Source of the DNA: an uncultured Acidobacteriaceae bacterium
Lineage (GTDB): Bacteria > Acidobacteriota > Terriglobia > Terriglobales > Acidobacteriaceae
DNA: 64,000 nucleotides
Direction: 5' to 3'
Assembly: GCA_963850235.1 (NCBI GenBank)
Contig: CAWKKM010000019.1
Coordinates: 88,949-152,948 of the forward strand
The notes under the pieces are model-generated. The model saw nothing but the letters and a program-made list of their open reading frames with translations, was not told where the DNA came from and did no database searches. Both the position numbers and the translations under genes were made by a program. Numbering within the stretch: the first letter of the stretch is position 1; every line of letters starts with the position of its first letter. Below, piece by piece: positions 9,593 to 20,145 of the stretch.

Positions 9593-12500
9593 CTAAAACT
9601 CGAAGCGCCCGACAAACTGCAACGAGCGGGAGCGAAATTCAACCGGAATGCCAGTGGCTGCCGCTGTCGTTGCCAGCGGCGATCCGTAAGTGGGCGAGGT
9701 TACGATTCCATTGTAGTTGCCGAAGTTGGAGTGGTTGAAGAGATTGAATGCCTCGACTGCCACCACCACGCGGAAGCGCTCTGTGATCTTGTGTGCCTCC
9801 TGCAGGCGGCTATCCACACGGTGGATATTCCTTCCATAGAGCGCATCACGGTTCGTCATGTAGTAGCCCGTAGTGTTATCTAGATAATTGTGGGCCGCCT
9901 GGTTGTAGACGTACGTACACGCAGCAACACCGGTAGCTTTCGGACAGGTAGCGCTTCCATAGCTTGCCTGGTACGGAACTGGCTGCGAGGCAAACGTCCG
10001 GTTGTAACTAGGCGCATAGCCGGTCGGCTGGGTCGTGCCTAAGTAGGTTGGGAAGGCGTTGCCGGATCCAAAATGATAGAGGCCGGAAAGAGATAAACCG
10101 AACCGCCATTGATAATCCCCATGGATCGTAAGCGTGTGGCGTTGATCGTCCTGGGCGTTGGCCCATTCGTCATGGATCCCATTCACGAAGGGCTTGTTGG
10201 GGTAATAGAAAGGTGATTCCGTTGAATCCTTATAGCGCGAGTAGGTGTAGGCTACTCCGCTGGAAGCACCATGGAGCACCCTCTGCCGAACACCCAGTTG
10301 CATCGCGTCATAGATAGATCCCGCGGCATTGGGCGTAAAGAACTGGTTGATGTTGGTAAAGGCCTGGGCGCAGACGTTGAAGCTCCCTTGCTTGGCATCG
10401 GGAGTAACTCCGCCGGCCGGGCAGATCACCTGCGTGCCCGGGACATACTTCGTACTCGGGCTCAGGTTGAACTCAGGATTTCCTGGATTGGCGAGCAGGT
10501 TTGAATTGAGGCGAATCCAGTCGTGGTAGACCCGGGTGTGCACATAGTCCGCCGTAAAGTCGACGTGCATGGGAAGCTGACGCTGCACGCCTGCGGAAAG
10601 CTGCAGGGCGTAAGGAGTCGACACATCGGGTCCTAGCGGCTGCACCGCCTGGCGCGGAACGATGGTCGAGTTGGGAAACGGATTTTGCAGGTTGAGCGGG
10701 CTCGCGGCCGATCCGGTCACCGAGTCCTGGACTGAAGTGACGCCATTGAAAATCTGTTCGTCGATCACCTGGTTGGCGGCGATGTCGGCAAAATACAAAC
10801 CGGCGCCCCCGCGCACCACGGTTTTGCCGGAGCCCGTCGGATCATACGCGAACCCCAGGCGCGGCGCCCATTGATGGTTGTCGTTGCCCTTTGGCGTCAA
10901 CAAGCCGTTGGTGAGCTTCAAACCCGAATCGAAGACTCCCAGATCGTTGTCATAACGCAAACCCAGGTTCAGCGTAAGCCGCTTGTAGATCTTCCAGTCA
11001 TCCTGGATCCAAAATCCAATCTGGTTGCGCGGAATGTTGACGTTAAAGTTGCCCGAACCCAGCGTGAACGTACCCTGAGAGCAGACTGAGTTCAGGTTGT
11101 AAGTACCGCCGCTGTAATTCCAGGTGGCGGGATCGGTGGTGCCGTTGGGAAACAATTCAGCAACCTGAGCCGCCGTGGTCACGCCGGAGCAGGCGCTCGC
11201 GGTGCCACGAACATTCTGTTGGAAGAATCCGCTGTGCTTGGTGAATATGTACTCGCCGCCCATCTTGAACGCATGCTTGCCGGCGAGGTAATAGAGGTCG
11301 TCGCGGTACTGCTGGACATCCTGATAGAAAATTTGCGGATAGTTGTACGGGCCGCCCACGGTCACGCTGCCGAAACCAAGCTGGATGGTGGGATACATCG
11401 GCAGGTTCTGCCACTCAAAGTGGCTAAAGCCGGCATGGACATCATTCACGATCTTGTCGTTCACGACCTTGTTCCAGTCGCCCATGATGCTGTAATACAT
11501 CCGCGTCGCCAGGTAAGCGGCGCTCGGATCGGTACTACCGCTGGCGAGCACGTGGTCGTTGTCGAAATTGAAGCCGTTGCCACGGAGAAAAATGTGGTTG
11601 TTGCTATTGATCTGGTAGTCGCCACGGCCCAGGTACTCTTTGGTGCTGATCGTCTGCGGAAATTGGATGAGGCTGCTGCCCGGCAAAAGCGATGTGGTGT
11701 TGATGTTGCTCCCCTGGTGCTCTCCCTCGTAGGACGCGAAATACCATAATTTGTCTTTGCGAATCGGCCCACCAAAAGTCCCGCCGTATTGCTGATCCGA
11801 GAGCTTCAATACCTTGCGGGCAACGGGGTCAGCGGCGTTGAAGACATCGTTGCGGAAATATCCAAAGGCGGAGCCGTGGATCTGGTTGGTTCCCGACTTG
11901 GTCTGCACGTTGGTGTAAACCCCGGAAGAACGGCCGACGGTCGCATCGAAGCGATTGGTGATGATCTCAAACTGAGAGATCGCGTCAGGGCTGAACCGTG
12001 GCTGACCGAAGCTTGCGTCGGCGGTGTCTTGCGTTACCTGGAGGCCATCCAGATCGATCTGGAACTTGCCCGAGTTCGCGTTGCCCAGCGGAGTGTCGTT
12101 GGTGATGGCGTTCACCCGGATACCAGGAACCAGGGTGGCAAGCTCCATGTAATTTCGCCCGTTGATCGGTATGGTAGCGACATCCTGCGGCGTGATGTTG
12201 CCTCCGACCTGAGACGAGGTGGTGTCCAGGGCGGGACCTACCGCCTCGACCAGAACAGACTGGCTGGTGCTCGCGACCCCCATCGCGATGTCAGCCTCCA
12301 CCAGTTGCCCCACCAGCATGCTGACGCTTCGCTTTACCGTGGTGAACCCCGGCTGGGTGACCGTCACCACATAATCGCCCGCACTGAGAGCCGGAAACTC
12401 GTAGACCCCAGCGGAGTTGGATTTGGTCGAGAAAGACGCCCCGCTCAACGCGTTTACCTTGACGTCAGCGCCGGGGAGCACGGCACCGGATAGATCGGTT

Positions 12501-12598
12501 ACCCTGCCGGCGATGCCGGTTTGTTGTGGATAGGCTGCTGTCGACATCAGGATTATCAGTACTGCGGAGAGAAGCTGGGGAATGCGGAGAAACTTCAT
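9593..12598 (-). CDS. TonB-dependent receptor with an N-terminal carboxypeptidase-regulatory-like domain
   Basis: The protein is 1001 aa. It has a signal peptide and then GIAGRVTDLSGAVLPGADVKV...AGDYVVTVTQPGFTT (a CarboxypepD_reg-like fold). A plug/barrel follows and the sequence ends in F (...VGRFEF). Confidence 0.9.
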   Translation of the reverse strand: MKFLRIPQLLSAVLIILMSTAAYPQQTGIAGRVTDLSGAVLPGADVKVNALSGASFSTKSNSAGVYEFPALSAGDYVVTVTQPGFTTVKRSVSMLVGQLVEADIAMGVASTSQSVLVEAVGPALDTTSSQVGGNITPQDVATIPINGRNYMELATLVPGIRVNAITNDTPLGNANSGKFQIDLDGLQVTQDTADASFGQPRFSPDAISQFEIITNRFDATVGRSSGVYTNVQTKSGTNQIHGSAFGYFRNDVFNAADPVARKVLKLSDQQYGGTFGGPIRKDKLWYFASYEGEHQGSNINTTSLLPGSSLIQFPQTISTKEYLGRGDYQINSNNHIFLRGNGFNFDNDHVLASGSTDPSAAYLATRMYYSIMGDWNKVVNDKIVNDVHAGFSHFEWQNLPMYPTIQLGFGSVTVGGPYNYPQIFYQDVQQYRDDLYYLAGKHAFKMGGEYIFTKHSGFFQQNVRGTASACSGVTTAAQVAELFPNGTTDPATWNYSGGTYNLNSVCSQGTFTLGSGNFNVNIPRNQIGFWIQDDWKIYKRLTLNLGLRYDNDLGVFDSGLKLTNGLLTPKGNDNHQWAPRLGFAYDPTGSGKTVVRGGAGLYFADIAANQVIDEQIFNGVTSVQDSVTGSAASPLNLQNPFPNSTIVPRQAVQPLGPDVSTPYALQLSAGVQRQLPMHVDFTADYVHTRVYHDWIRLNSNLLANPGNPEFNLSPSTKYVPGTQVICPAGGVTPDAKQGSFNVCAQAFTNINQFFTPNAAGSIYDAMQLGVRQRVLHGASSGVAYTYSRYKDSTESPFYYPNKPFVNGIHDEWANAQDDQRHTLTIHGDYQWRFGLSLSGLYHFGSGNAFPTYLGTTQPTGYAPSYNRTFASQPVPYQASYGSATCPKATGVAACTYVYNQAAHNYLDNTTGYYMTNRDALYGRNIHRVDSRLQEAHKITERFRVVVAVEAFNLFNHSNFGNYNGIVTSPTYGSPLATTAAATGIPVEFRSRSLQFVGRFEF

Positions 12599-13119
12599 CT
12601 AGCGTCATAACCTCTCTGAAATCAGTCAGGTACTCCATGTGTCCACTCATCTTGCGTATGCCAGCTGGAAATGCCAGCGTTCAAGCTGCCTGGCAAGCTG
12701 GTTGGAAACGGAAATACATGCCGACGTGGGCAAGAGAATCGCCAGAGTCTGCCGTTGCGGCGGCCCCGGCGAAGGGCGCTGACTTAACAACTACGAGGGA
12801 GGGCGAGTGATCGCCATGCAGGTGGATTCGAAAAGAATGGGACACTCTCGACCGGGAGCATGGCCCGAGCTTTTCGACCTCGTATGCAAGCGAGCGTAAG
12901 GTCTTTCGCCTTACGTGTCTAATTGAAAGAATTTCGTTTGTAATAGGTTTTTTTTAGCAGCGCGCACCTCCAAGATCTTTTTAGGGTTGACACTGCGTGA
13001 AAACGGCATGAAGATTCAGCTAGAGTTACGTCGCTTCACCGCATAAACACCATATAAGCTCGTGTCAAAAAATCTCCCGCTGATGGGCGTATGTGTCGCC
13101 GTGGTTTGCGAGGCAACCG

Positions 13120-14073
13120 ATGGACTACCGGCTCAAGCAGTTGCAGTCTTTTCTGACGCTTGCGGAACTGCTGAACTATGGCAAGGCGTCGCAAATTCTG
13201 TACGTCAGCCAACCTACGCTGACCTTTCAAATCAAGTCGCTCGAAGAGGCAGTGGGCGCCAAACTTTTCGAGCGCACCCGGCATAGCGTTACGCTTACTG
13301 ATGCGGGTATGGCGTTCGCTCGGTACGCAGAGACCATTTTAAAGACCGCCGCCGAGGCAAAGGCTCATCTTGGCGCGCTCGAAAATCGCTTGCGTCTGCG
13401 CGTCGCCTGCGGACCTGTCGGACAATATGTACTTCTCCCCGCCGTACTCCGTTCGCTGGCTGCTTACGATCCCGACTTTCAACTCGAGCTCTGCGAGCTA
13501 ACGACAGAAGAGCAGATGGCCAAACTACCGAGCGGTGGCGTGGATGCCCTGTTCATGGTCAGGGCGCTCCCCATTCCCGGGATACGTTTTGAGCCAATCT
13601 GCAAGGAGACTCTGGTGGCAATGGTGTCGCGCCACTCCCATCTGGCGCGCAGCCGCACCATATCGGTTCACGATTTGCGAGATAAGAAGATCATTGCGTC
13701 CAGGACCGAGGACTGCCGCTTTCACCAGCCTTTTTTGCATCAGTTACTGGCGCCTTTCGGCATTGTGCCGCGCATTCTCGAGGTGCCGTATTCCTGCGCG
13801 GTACAACTTGCATATGCGGGCGCGGGCGAGGGTATCGTGTTTGCGACTTCTTCCATGATGAAGTGCTCTTTCCCCGATGTTGTCGCGATTCCCTTCGCGG
13901 AGAAGCTGCCCGAGCGCCAACTGGGAATTGTCTCGATGGAATCGAATAAGTCTCCAGCATTGGACGTTTTCCGCCGGGTGGCTGTTCGGAGTTTCGCTGC
14001 CACCGAGGAACTGGTGGGTAATGGAGCACGAGGCCCCTTTGTGGCTCCCTCAACGATTGCTCTTGGAGCATGA
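13120..14073 (+). CDS. LysR family transcriptional regulator
   Basis: This is ORF 13093..14073. The likely start is the ATG at 13120, MDYRLKQLQSFLTLAELLNYGKASQILYVSQPTLTFQIKSLE, which is a LysR helix-turn-helix. It is divergent from the TonB-receptor operon. Confidence 0.85.
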   Translation: MDYRLKQLQSFLTLAELLNYGKASQILYVSQPTLTFQIKSLEEAVGAKLFERTRHSVTLTDAGMAFARYAETILKTAAEAKAHLGALENRLRLRVACGPVGQYVLLPAVLRSLAAYDPDFQLELCELTTEEQMAKLPSGGVDALFMVRALPIPGIRFEPICKETLVAMVSRHSHLARSRTISVHDLRDKKIIASRTEDCRFHQPFLHQLLAPFGIVPRILEVPYSCAVQLAYAGAGEGIVFATSSMMKCSFPDVVAIPFAEKLPERQLGIVSMESNKSPALDVFRRVAVRSFAATEELVGNGARGPFVAPSTIALGA

Positions 14074-14149
14074 GAACCCAGCCCGACGCTAGTGGGCCTT
14101 AGTGAGAATCGAAACGAACCCTAGGGGGCCGCGGAGAAACTAGATTTTT

Positions 14150-14179
14150 GAAGGGGACGGCCTTCAGGCCGTCCCCTTC
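14150..14179. terminator. bidirectional stem-loop between convergent genes
   Basis: GAAGGGGACGGCC-TTCA-GGCCGTCCCCTTC is a perfect 13-bp stem. It sits between the LysR stop (14073) and the GH3 stop (14253). A T-run (ATTTTT) lies immediately upstream. Confidence 0.6.
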
Positions 14180-14252
14180 ATGGTAACTATGGACGGCTTT
14201 AGCCACTGAGGGTACGGTATTCGCTCGTTATTCGGGCTCTTTCCGCAGCCTG

Positions 14253-16463
14253 CTAGGGGAGCGTGATTTCCTGGTGCAGGGGCAGATCTTTCGACGAGCC
14301 GCCGACCATGAAGGTGTATCCACCTGAGAGCTGCTTCCAGCTGTTGGTGGTCTCGTCGTAGATGGATAGCTCCCGCGGATTAATCGGCAGGCTCACTTCC
14401 CTGCTCTCGCCAGGGTTCAACTGTACCTTGCTGAAGGCGGCAAGCCGCTTGGGTGGTTCGCCCGCGGCGGCCGGAAGAGCCACGTAAACCTGCGCCACTT
14501 CTGCCCCTGCGCGCGCGCCGGTGTTTTTCAAGGTAAAGCTGACCGTGGGCTCTTTGCCGCCCTCGACCTTCAAACCTGAGTATTCGTACGTGGTGTAGGA
14601 AAGACCGAAGCCGAACGGAAAGAGGACCGGCTTGTTCTCCGCGTCGTACCACTTGTATCCGACCTTAAGGCCCTCGGTGTAATGCACGCTGAAGATGGGC
14701 TTGGCGTCCTCCGGTTTCAGTTGGTGCCCAGCATCCTCTCCCGCATCGGGTGGCTTCACCAAATCAGGGTGCGGCAGATCGGATTCGCTGCGGGGAAACG
14801 TCATGGGCAACTTCGCGCTCGGGTTGACCTTGCCGAAAAGAACATTCGCCACCGCTTCATGGCCCTTGCTGCCGGCGTACCAGGCCTCGAGCACACCGCC
14901 GACCTTATCCAGCCACGGCATCAGCACCGCTGTGCCGGTCTCCAGCACCACCACCGTCCGCGGATTCGCCGCAGCCACCTGCGCAATCAACGCATCCTGG
15001 TTCTCTGGCAGAGAGAGATTGGGCAAATCTGTTCCCTCGCTCATCCACTCATAGGCAAATACGATCGCAACATCCGACCTCCCCGCGAGCGCTGCGGCAG
15101 AGGCCGGGTCAGCTCCCGAATCAAATGCAACCTTGGCGCCAGGAGCCGCGGCACGCAGCGCCTTTAGAGGCGAAGTGGGGAACCACACATGAGCCTGCCA
15201 GGGATGCGCCGGCTCCCCAGCGGGATCCACCTGCGCCGACCCGCCACCGGAGATCATGCCGGTATCCGCGTGCGGTCCAATCACAGCGATGGAGTGCACC
15301 GTGTTGGGATCGAGCGGCAAGAGAGCACTTGTGTTCTTGAGCAGAACGATACTTTGCTCGGAGAGATGACGCGCGGTCGCCAGGCCGCCCTCTACATCGA
15401 CAACGCTCTTCTGCGTGGGGTAGTCGAAGAGGCCGGCCTGAAACATGGAACGCAAAATACGGTGCGCGTGATCATCCACTTGCGCCATGGGGACCTTGCC
15501 TGCTTCGACCGCCTGCTTCAGTTTCGGGCCGAAGAAGTCGTCCATGGGCTGCTCGTGATCCAACCCGGCAGCCGAGGCTTTGATCGTGCTGTGGGTACCG
15601 CCCCAATCGGAGAGGACAAAGCCTTTGAACTGCCAATCCTGCTTGAGCACATCGGTCAGGGTGTATTTGTTCTGGCAGGCGTAATCGCCGTTGATGGCGT
15701 TGTAGGAACACATCACCGCGCCCGGATCGCCAATGCTGATCCCGATATGGAAGGCCAGCAGATCTGTCTCCTGCATGGCCCGTTTGCCGATGATCACATC
15801 CACTTCATCGCGGCCGTTTTCCTGATCGTTCAGGACGTAGTGCTTGATATCGCCGATGACATGCTGGGCCTGCTCGCACTTGATGCGGTTGCCTACCAGC
15901 GTGCCTGCCAGCAGCGGATCTTCGCCCTGATACTCAAAGTTTCTTCCGTTGCGCGGTTCGCGAGTCAGATTCACCCCGCCGCCCAAGGTCATGTTGTAGC
16001 CCTGGGCACGGAGTTCCCTGCCGATGAGCGCGCCGTATTCGCATGCTCCCTCGGGATCCCAGGTGGCAGCGGCGGCGATGTTGGAGGGCAACGCTGTGGA
16101 GTAGCGTCCATTTTGGGCGCTCATGCGGACTCCATAAGCCGCGTCACTCATCTCCACCTGCGGGACGCCCAGCCGGGGAATCCCGAGAATGAAGCCGGCA
16201 CCTTGGTTGCCCAGGTAGGTCCGGGGCATGGGCCGCGACCAACCCGGCATCCCCTGGCCGTGCAGGAGCTGGATTTTCTCGTCCAGGGTCATCTCTTTAA
16301 GGACCAGGTCAGCACGCTGATCGAAGGAGAGCTGCTTGTTCATCCAAGGCCAGTCATTGGCCGCGGATGCGGCGCCAAGGGTTACAAAGAGGCCCAGAAA
16401 CGCAGCAAAAGAGACGCTGCGGAAGCTAGTAGTTCTAGATTCGTTCAACTTGGTACCACCCAT
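14253..16463 (-). CDS. glycoside hydrolase family 3 beta-glucosidase (BglX-like), secreted
   Basis: The protein is 736 aa with a signal peptide. The GH3 nucleophile context GFVLSDWGG is present. The C-terminal domains are typical of BglX. Confidence 0.9.
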   Translation of the reverse strand: MGGTKLNESRTTSFRSVSFAAFLGLFVTLGAASAANDWPWMNKQLSFDQRADLVLKEMTLDEKIQLLHGQGMPGWSRPMPRTYLGNQGAGFILGIPRLGVPQVEMSDAAYGVRMSAQNGRYSTALPSNIAAAATWDPEGACEYGALIGRELRAQGYNMTLGGGVNLTREPRNGRNFEYQGEDPLLAGTLVGNRIKCEQAQHVIGDIKHYVLNDQENGRDEVDVIIGKRAMQETDLLAFHIGISIGDPGAVMCSYNAINGDYACQNKYTLTDVLKQDWQFKGFVLSDWGGTHSTIKASAAGLDHEQPMDDFFGPKLKQAVEAGKVPMAQVDDHAHRILRSMFQAGLFDYPTQKSVVDVEGGLATARHLSEQSIVLLKNTSALLPLDPNTVHSIAVIGPHADTGMISGGGSAQVDPAGEPAHPWQAHVWFPTSPLKALRAAAPGAKVAFDSGADPASAAALAGRSDVAIVFAYEWMSEGTDLPNLSLPENQDALIAQVAAANPRTVVVLETGTAVLMPWLDKVGGVLEAWYAGSKGHEAVANVLFGKVNPSAKLPMTFPRSESDLPHPDLVKPPDAGEDAGHQLKPEDAKPIFSVHYTEGLKVGYKWYDAENKPVLFPFGFGLSYTTYEYSGLKVEGGKEPTVSFTLKNTGARAGAEVAQVYVALPAAAGEPPKRLAAFSKVQLNPGESREVSLPINPRELSIYDETTNSWKQLSGGYTFMVGGSSKDLPLHQEITLP

Positions 16464-16470
16464 CTCCCGA

Positions 16471-17922
16471 TTATTGCTTGCCGCCGGCTAACGTTTTGAT
16501 AAAGCGGTCGTAAAACTCCACTCCGCTGTAATAGGAGTCTACCTTTACGCGCTCATCCTTGCCGTGCTCCCGCACATCATCGATGTCGATCGCAATCCCG
16601 TTGATCCCATATGTGGGCAAGCCAGCCTCGGAGGTATATTTACCGTCCGATGCCCCAGTTTCCATGACCGGCACCACCGGGATTCCCGGCCACATCTGCG
16701 CCACCACCTTGGTTAACGGCTGCATCACCTCGGGCTTCAAATCGGTGGGAGGCACGGCCTTGGCTGACGGAGCTGTATCCATCACTTCACCCGCGTCGTT
16801 GACGTAGCGCACGCTGACCTTTGGGTCCTGGATGATCTTGATCAACTGTTGCCGAATCTCTTCGCGGGAGGAGCTGGGAAGGATTCGGCAGTTCACGTTC
16901 GCAGATGCGGTTTGGGGCAAGGCGTTGTTAGCGTGCCCACCACTGAGGCGTGTGGGCACACAGGTGGTACGCATGGTGGCGTTGTATTTCGGGGTCAGAG
17001 ACAGCTGCTTCATGGCCTGCAGGGACGGCGGGGTCTTTAGAATACTCTTCATATCGGCGGCGGTCTGACCGGACTCGAGCGTGCTCATGCGCGAAAAGTA
17101 CGCTCGTGTGACCGGGTTGAGTGTGAACGGGAAGGTGTAGGCCTGCAAACGGGTGAGCGCGTCCGCTACGTGATAAATGGCATTGTCGGGTCCGGGCAGA
17201 GAGCTGTGGCCGCCAGGGTTGGTAGCAGTGAGCAGATAGTCGCCGTAGAGCTTCTCCGTCGCCTCTACGTTGAAGGTGATCGGTTTGCCATGCTCCAGGT
17301 CGACGCCGCCGGCATCGGAATTGAGAACGAAGGCCGCGTCGATCAGGTCGCGGTGGTTCTTGAGGAGCCAGTCAACACCATTCGATTTGCCCCCCTCCTC
17401 GTCAGCCGTAAGAGCGAGGATCAGGTCGCGATCCGGCTTGAATCCCGACTTCTTGAGGCGGATGAAGGTGGTTACCAGGACGGCGTCGCTTTCCTTCATA
17501 TCCTGGGTGCCGCGGCCGTAGTAGTAGCCATCCTTCTCGACAAATTTGAATGGGTCGGTGGTCCAGTCGGAGCGCAGGGCTTCCACCACATCGAGGTGGC
17601 CAATAAACAGGATGGGCTTCGCGGCGCCCGTGCCATGAATGCGCGCCACCAGGTTGCCTTTGCGATCGTTGGGGCCGAGGACGACCACATCGGTCTTGGG
17701 GAATCCAGCATCCAGCAGGCGTTTCGCCATTGCATTGGCCGCGACCGTTGTGCTGCCCACCGAATCGGTGGTGTTGATCTCAATCAGCTGCTGAAAGATA
17801 TCGTGGGAGAGCTGCTTGGTTTGCGGGTCAAGCTGGGCCATGGCTGGCAGGGTGGTGAGCGAGAGCAACAGACAACAAGCCAGAAAGCGGAGCCGTTGAG
17901 CTCCGGCAACAACCAAGGGCAT
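16471..17922 (-). CDS. M20/M25/M40 family metallopeptidase, secreted
   Basis: This is ORF 16471..18015. The likely start is the ATG at 17920-17922 (MPLVVAGAQRLRFLACCLLLSLTTLPAMAQ). M20 motifs are present: FIGHLDVV and ADEEGG. It lies 7 nt upstream of the GH3 gene. Confidence 0.8.
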   Translation of the reverse strand: MPLVVAGAQRLRFLACCLLLSLTTLPAMAQLDPQTKQLSHDIFQQLIEINTTDSVGSTTVAANAMAKRLLDAGFPKTDVVVLGPNDRKGNLVARIHGTGAAKPILFIGHLDVVEALRSDWTTDPFKFVEKDGYYYGRGTQDMKESDAVLVTTFIRLKKSGFKPDRDLILALTADEEGGKSNGVDWLLKNHRDLIDAAFVLNSDAGGVDLEHGKPITFNVEATEKLYGDYLLTATNPGGHSSLPGPDNAIYHVADALTRLQAYTFPFTLNPVTRAYFSRMSTLESGQTAADMKSILKTPPSLQAMKQLSLTPKYNATMRTTCVPTRLSGGHANNALPQTASANVNCRILPSSSREEIRQQLIKIIQDPKVSVRYVNDAGEVMDTAPSAKAVPPTDLKPEVMQPLTKVVAQMWPGIPVVPVMETGASDGKYTSEAGLPTYGINGIAIDIDDVREHGKDERVKVDSYYSGVEFYDRFIKTLAGGKQ

Positions 17923-18015
17923 CGAATACCTCGCGTTCAGCAATGATAAATACGCAAGGTAGTATAGAACTTCGACGCTTTCAGATCTCCAGTCACATGG
18001 AAAGGGACCAAACAC

Positions 18016-20112
18016 TTGCGGGGAAAATCTCGTGCCTTATTCCTTTTTGCCGGGGCGCTGCTAGCCTCCATCGCATCCGTGGCACAGCCCGCCAAAGGCC
18101 TGATCACACTGGACGAGTTCATGAACGCCACCTATGTCAAGGAGGCAAGATTATCTCCTGACGGCTCGGCCGCGGTCATCGCCACCGAGTCACCTGACTG
18201 GGAGCACAACCGCTTTCGCAGCGATCTGTGGATATGGAAGCGGAAGACAGGCGAGACGGTTCCGTTAACCCGATCCGGTCACGCGCAGGATCCGCAGTGG
18301 TCTCCGGACGGCAGGTACATCGCCTTCCTTTCCGATCTTCCTCTGCCCGATGGCACGGACAAGGACAATGACAATGTTCCGGAACGCTTGTGGTTGATTT
18401 CCGCGGATTCGGGAGAATCGTTTGCGCTTTACAAGGAGAAGCTGGAGGCTCATGCGGTCGCCTGGTCCGCGGATGGATCACAGATCTTCTTCTCTTGTAC
18501 CTCGCCGCTTTCGAAAGACGCAGAAGAAGCCGAGAAAGCCCAATGGAAAGATGTGATCCGCTGGCGCGAGCACGAGCGCGGCGATGTGCTGCTCGCTTTG
18601 CCCACGCCGAACGCTGTGACCGGCGCGCAAAAAGTGTCGCCGGTCCATACGCCCGAGATCGCCGGTAGCGCTGTGCCCCTTCCGCCGCTGGCGCGGACAG
18701 TCGGTCACAGTGATGATGAGATTAAGGAGATCGTCGCCAAACCCGACGGAACGCAAATCGCGTGGGTCACCAATTCGGTCTCTCATCGGCTGGAAGATCC
18801 GAAGCACAATGAGATTTACCTGGTGAGCACTTCGGGAGGAGAAGCAAGGCAGCTCACACACAACCGGGCTCTTGAGGACGATCTTCATTGGGCTCCCGAC
18901 GGCAGCAGGCTCTTTTTTCATGTAGCTTTGGGCGCAGTGGACGGACCTTACCGCGATGTACAAGGAAGGTTGTACGCGATCGATCCCGCGAGTGGTGCGG
19001 CCAAGAGACTGGGCGATGTGTTTACTGGATCGTTCGAAGGCTTCACCGTGACGGCCGAGGGCCAGGTCATCGCCTCCGGAATCAAAGGGACCCAGCAACA
19101 GCTATATGCAGTGGATGGTTCGAAGGCTGTTCCGCTGCCAGGACTCCCGGGTTCCTATGCCGGAATAAATGCCGGGCTACATTCCTCCGGATTCCTGGTA
19201 AAGCACTCGACGCTGACCACTCCGACCCAGGTCTTTGTCGCAGCCGATGCGGCGCACCTCGAACAGGCGAAGGCGATCAGCAGTTTCAATCCAATTTTTA
19301 CCGAGCGAGCTCAGCCGGATTGGAAGCCTTACCAGTGGAAGGCAGATGACGGCGCCACGATCGAGGGAGTGCTCATTTATCCGCCCCATCGAATGGGGGA
19401 AAAACACCTGCGCATGCTGACCCTCATTCACGGCGGCCCGGGAGACGCGGACGGCGATTCTTTTGGCGCCGACTGGTACAACTGGGCGAACCTGGCTGCT
19501 GCGAATGGCTGGTTGGTCTTCCGGCCAAATTATCGCGGGTCGACTGGTTATGGTGACGATTTTATGCTGGAGATTGCTCCTCACCTGGTCTCCCGTCCGG
19601 GTAAGGACATTCTGGAAGGCGTCGATGGGCTGGTAAAAGACGGTATCGCTGATCCTGACCATCTTACGATCGGTGGCTACAGTTACGGTGGCTATATGAC
19701 GAACTGGCTCATTACCCAGACCACGCGGTTCAAAGCCGCGGTTACGGGCGCCGGGGCGGTGGAGCACGCCGCTAACTGGGGCAACGACGACTTGACCTAT
19801 GACGATGCCTTGTATCTCGGCGGCGCTCAGCCGTGGGAAAATCCCGGCATCTACCAGAACGAAGCCGCGCTGTTTCAAATGAATAAGGTTACGACACCGA
19901 CGCATATCGTAGGCGGCAACGCCGATGTGCGGGTGAGTTACCTGGAAGACGTGCTGCTGGAGCGAGCGCTGCAACAGCTACACGTGCCGCACAGCCTGTT
20001 GGTCTTTCCTGGAGAAGGACACTCACTCGACAAAAATCCGTGGCACGGCTACATCAAGGTACGGGAAGAACTGCAGTGGCTGGAGAAGTACGGCGGGGCG
20101 GATACGCGCTGA
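18016..20112 (+). CDS. S9 family serine peptidase (prolyl oligopeptidase/acylaminoacyl peptidase-like) with an N-terminal PD40 propeller
   Basis: The protein is 698 aa with a TTG start and a signal peptide. WSPDG repeats are present. The nucleophile elbow is GGYSYGGYMTNW. Confidence 0.9.
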   Translation: MRGKSRALFLFAGALLASIASVAQPAKGLITLDEFMNATYVKEARLSPDGSAAVIATESPDWEHNRFRSDLWIWKRKTGETVPLTRSGHAQDPQWSPDGRYIAFLSDLPLPDGTDKDNDNVPERLWLISADSGESFALYKEKLEAHAVAWSADGSQIFFSCTSPLSKDAEEAEKAQWKDVIRWREHERGDVLLALPTPNAVTGAQKVSPVHTPEIAGSAVPLPPLARTVGHSDDEIKEIVAKPDGTQIAWVTNSVSHRLEDPKHNEIYLVSTSGGEARQLTHNRALEDDLHWAPDGSRLFFHVALGAVDGPYRDVQGRLYAIDPASGAAKRLGDVFTGSFEGFTVTAEGQVIASGIKGTQQQLYAVDGSKAVPLPGLPGSYAGINAGLHSSGFLVKHSTLTTPTQVFVAADAAHLEQAKAISSFNPIFTERAQPDWKPYQWKADDGATIEGVLIYPPHRMGEKHLRMLTLIHGGPGDADGDSFGADWYNWANLAAANGWLVFRPNYRGSTGYGDDFMLEIAPHLVSRPGKDILEGVDGLVKDGIADPDHLTIGGYSYGGYMTNWLITQTTRFKAAVTGAGAVEHAANWGNDDLTYDDALYLGGAQPWENPGIYQNEAALFQMNKVTTPTHIVGGNADVRVSYLEDVLLERALQQLHVPHSLLVFPGEGHSLDKNPWHGYIKVREELQWLEKYGGADTR

Positions 20113-20145
20113 CCGCGCCCCTCGTTCACGACGATGATGAGGCAT

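Noticed and set aside
12797-12916. GGGAGGG followed by a 27-30 codon ORF (MQVDSKRMGHSRPGAWPELFDLVCKRA) whose stop sits in the hairpin CGTAAGG-TCTTTCG-CCTTACG, upstream of the LysR gene
   Set aside because: It could be a leader peptide or attenuator. SD spacing to either start is poor for the GTG and only moderate for the ATG, no U-tract follows the stem, and leader control of LysR genes is not expected. The evidence is insufficient.
15189-16499. Long antisense ORFs inside real genes, such as 15189..16499 (+), 42024..43067 (-), 50835..51701 (-), 56845..58005 (+) and 47923..48750 (-)
   Set aside because: Each lies opposite a gene with strong family motifs. Each has a low-complexity composition biased toward Arg, Gly and Ala. 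None has a convincing RBS.
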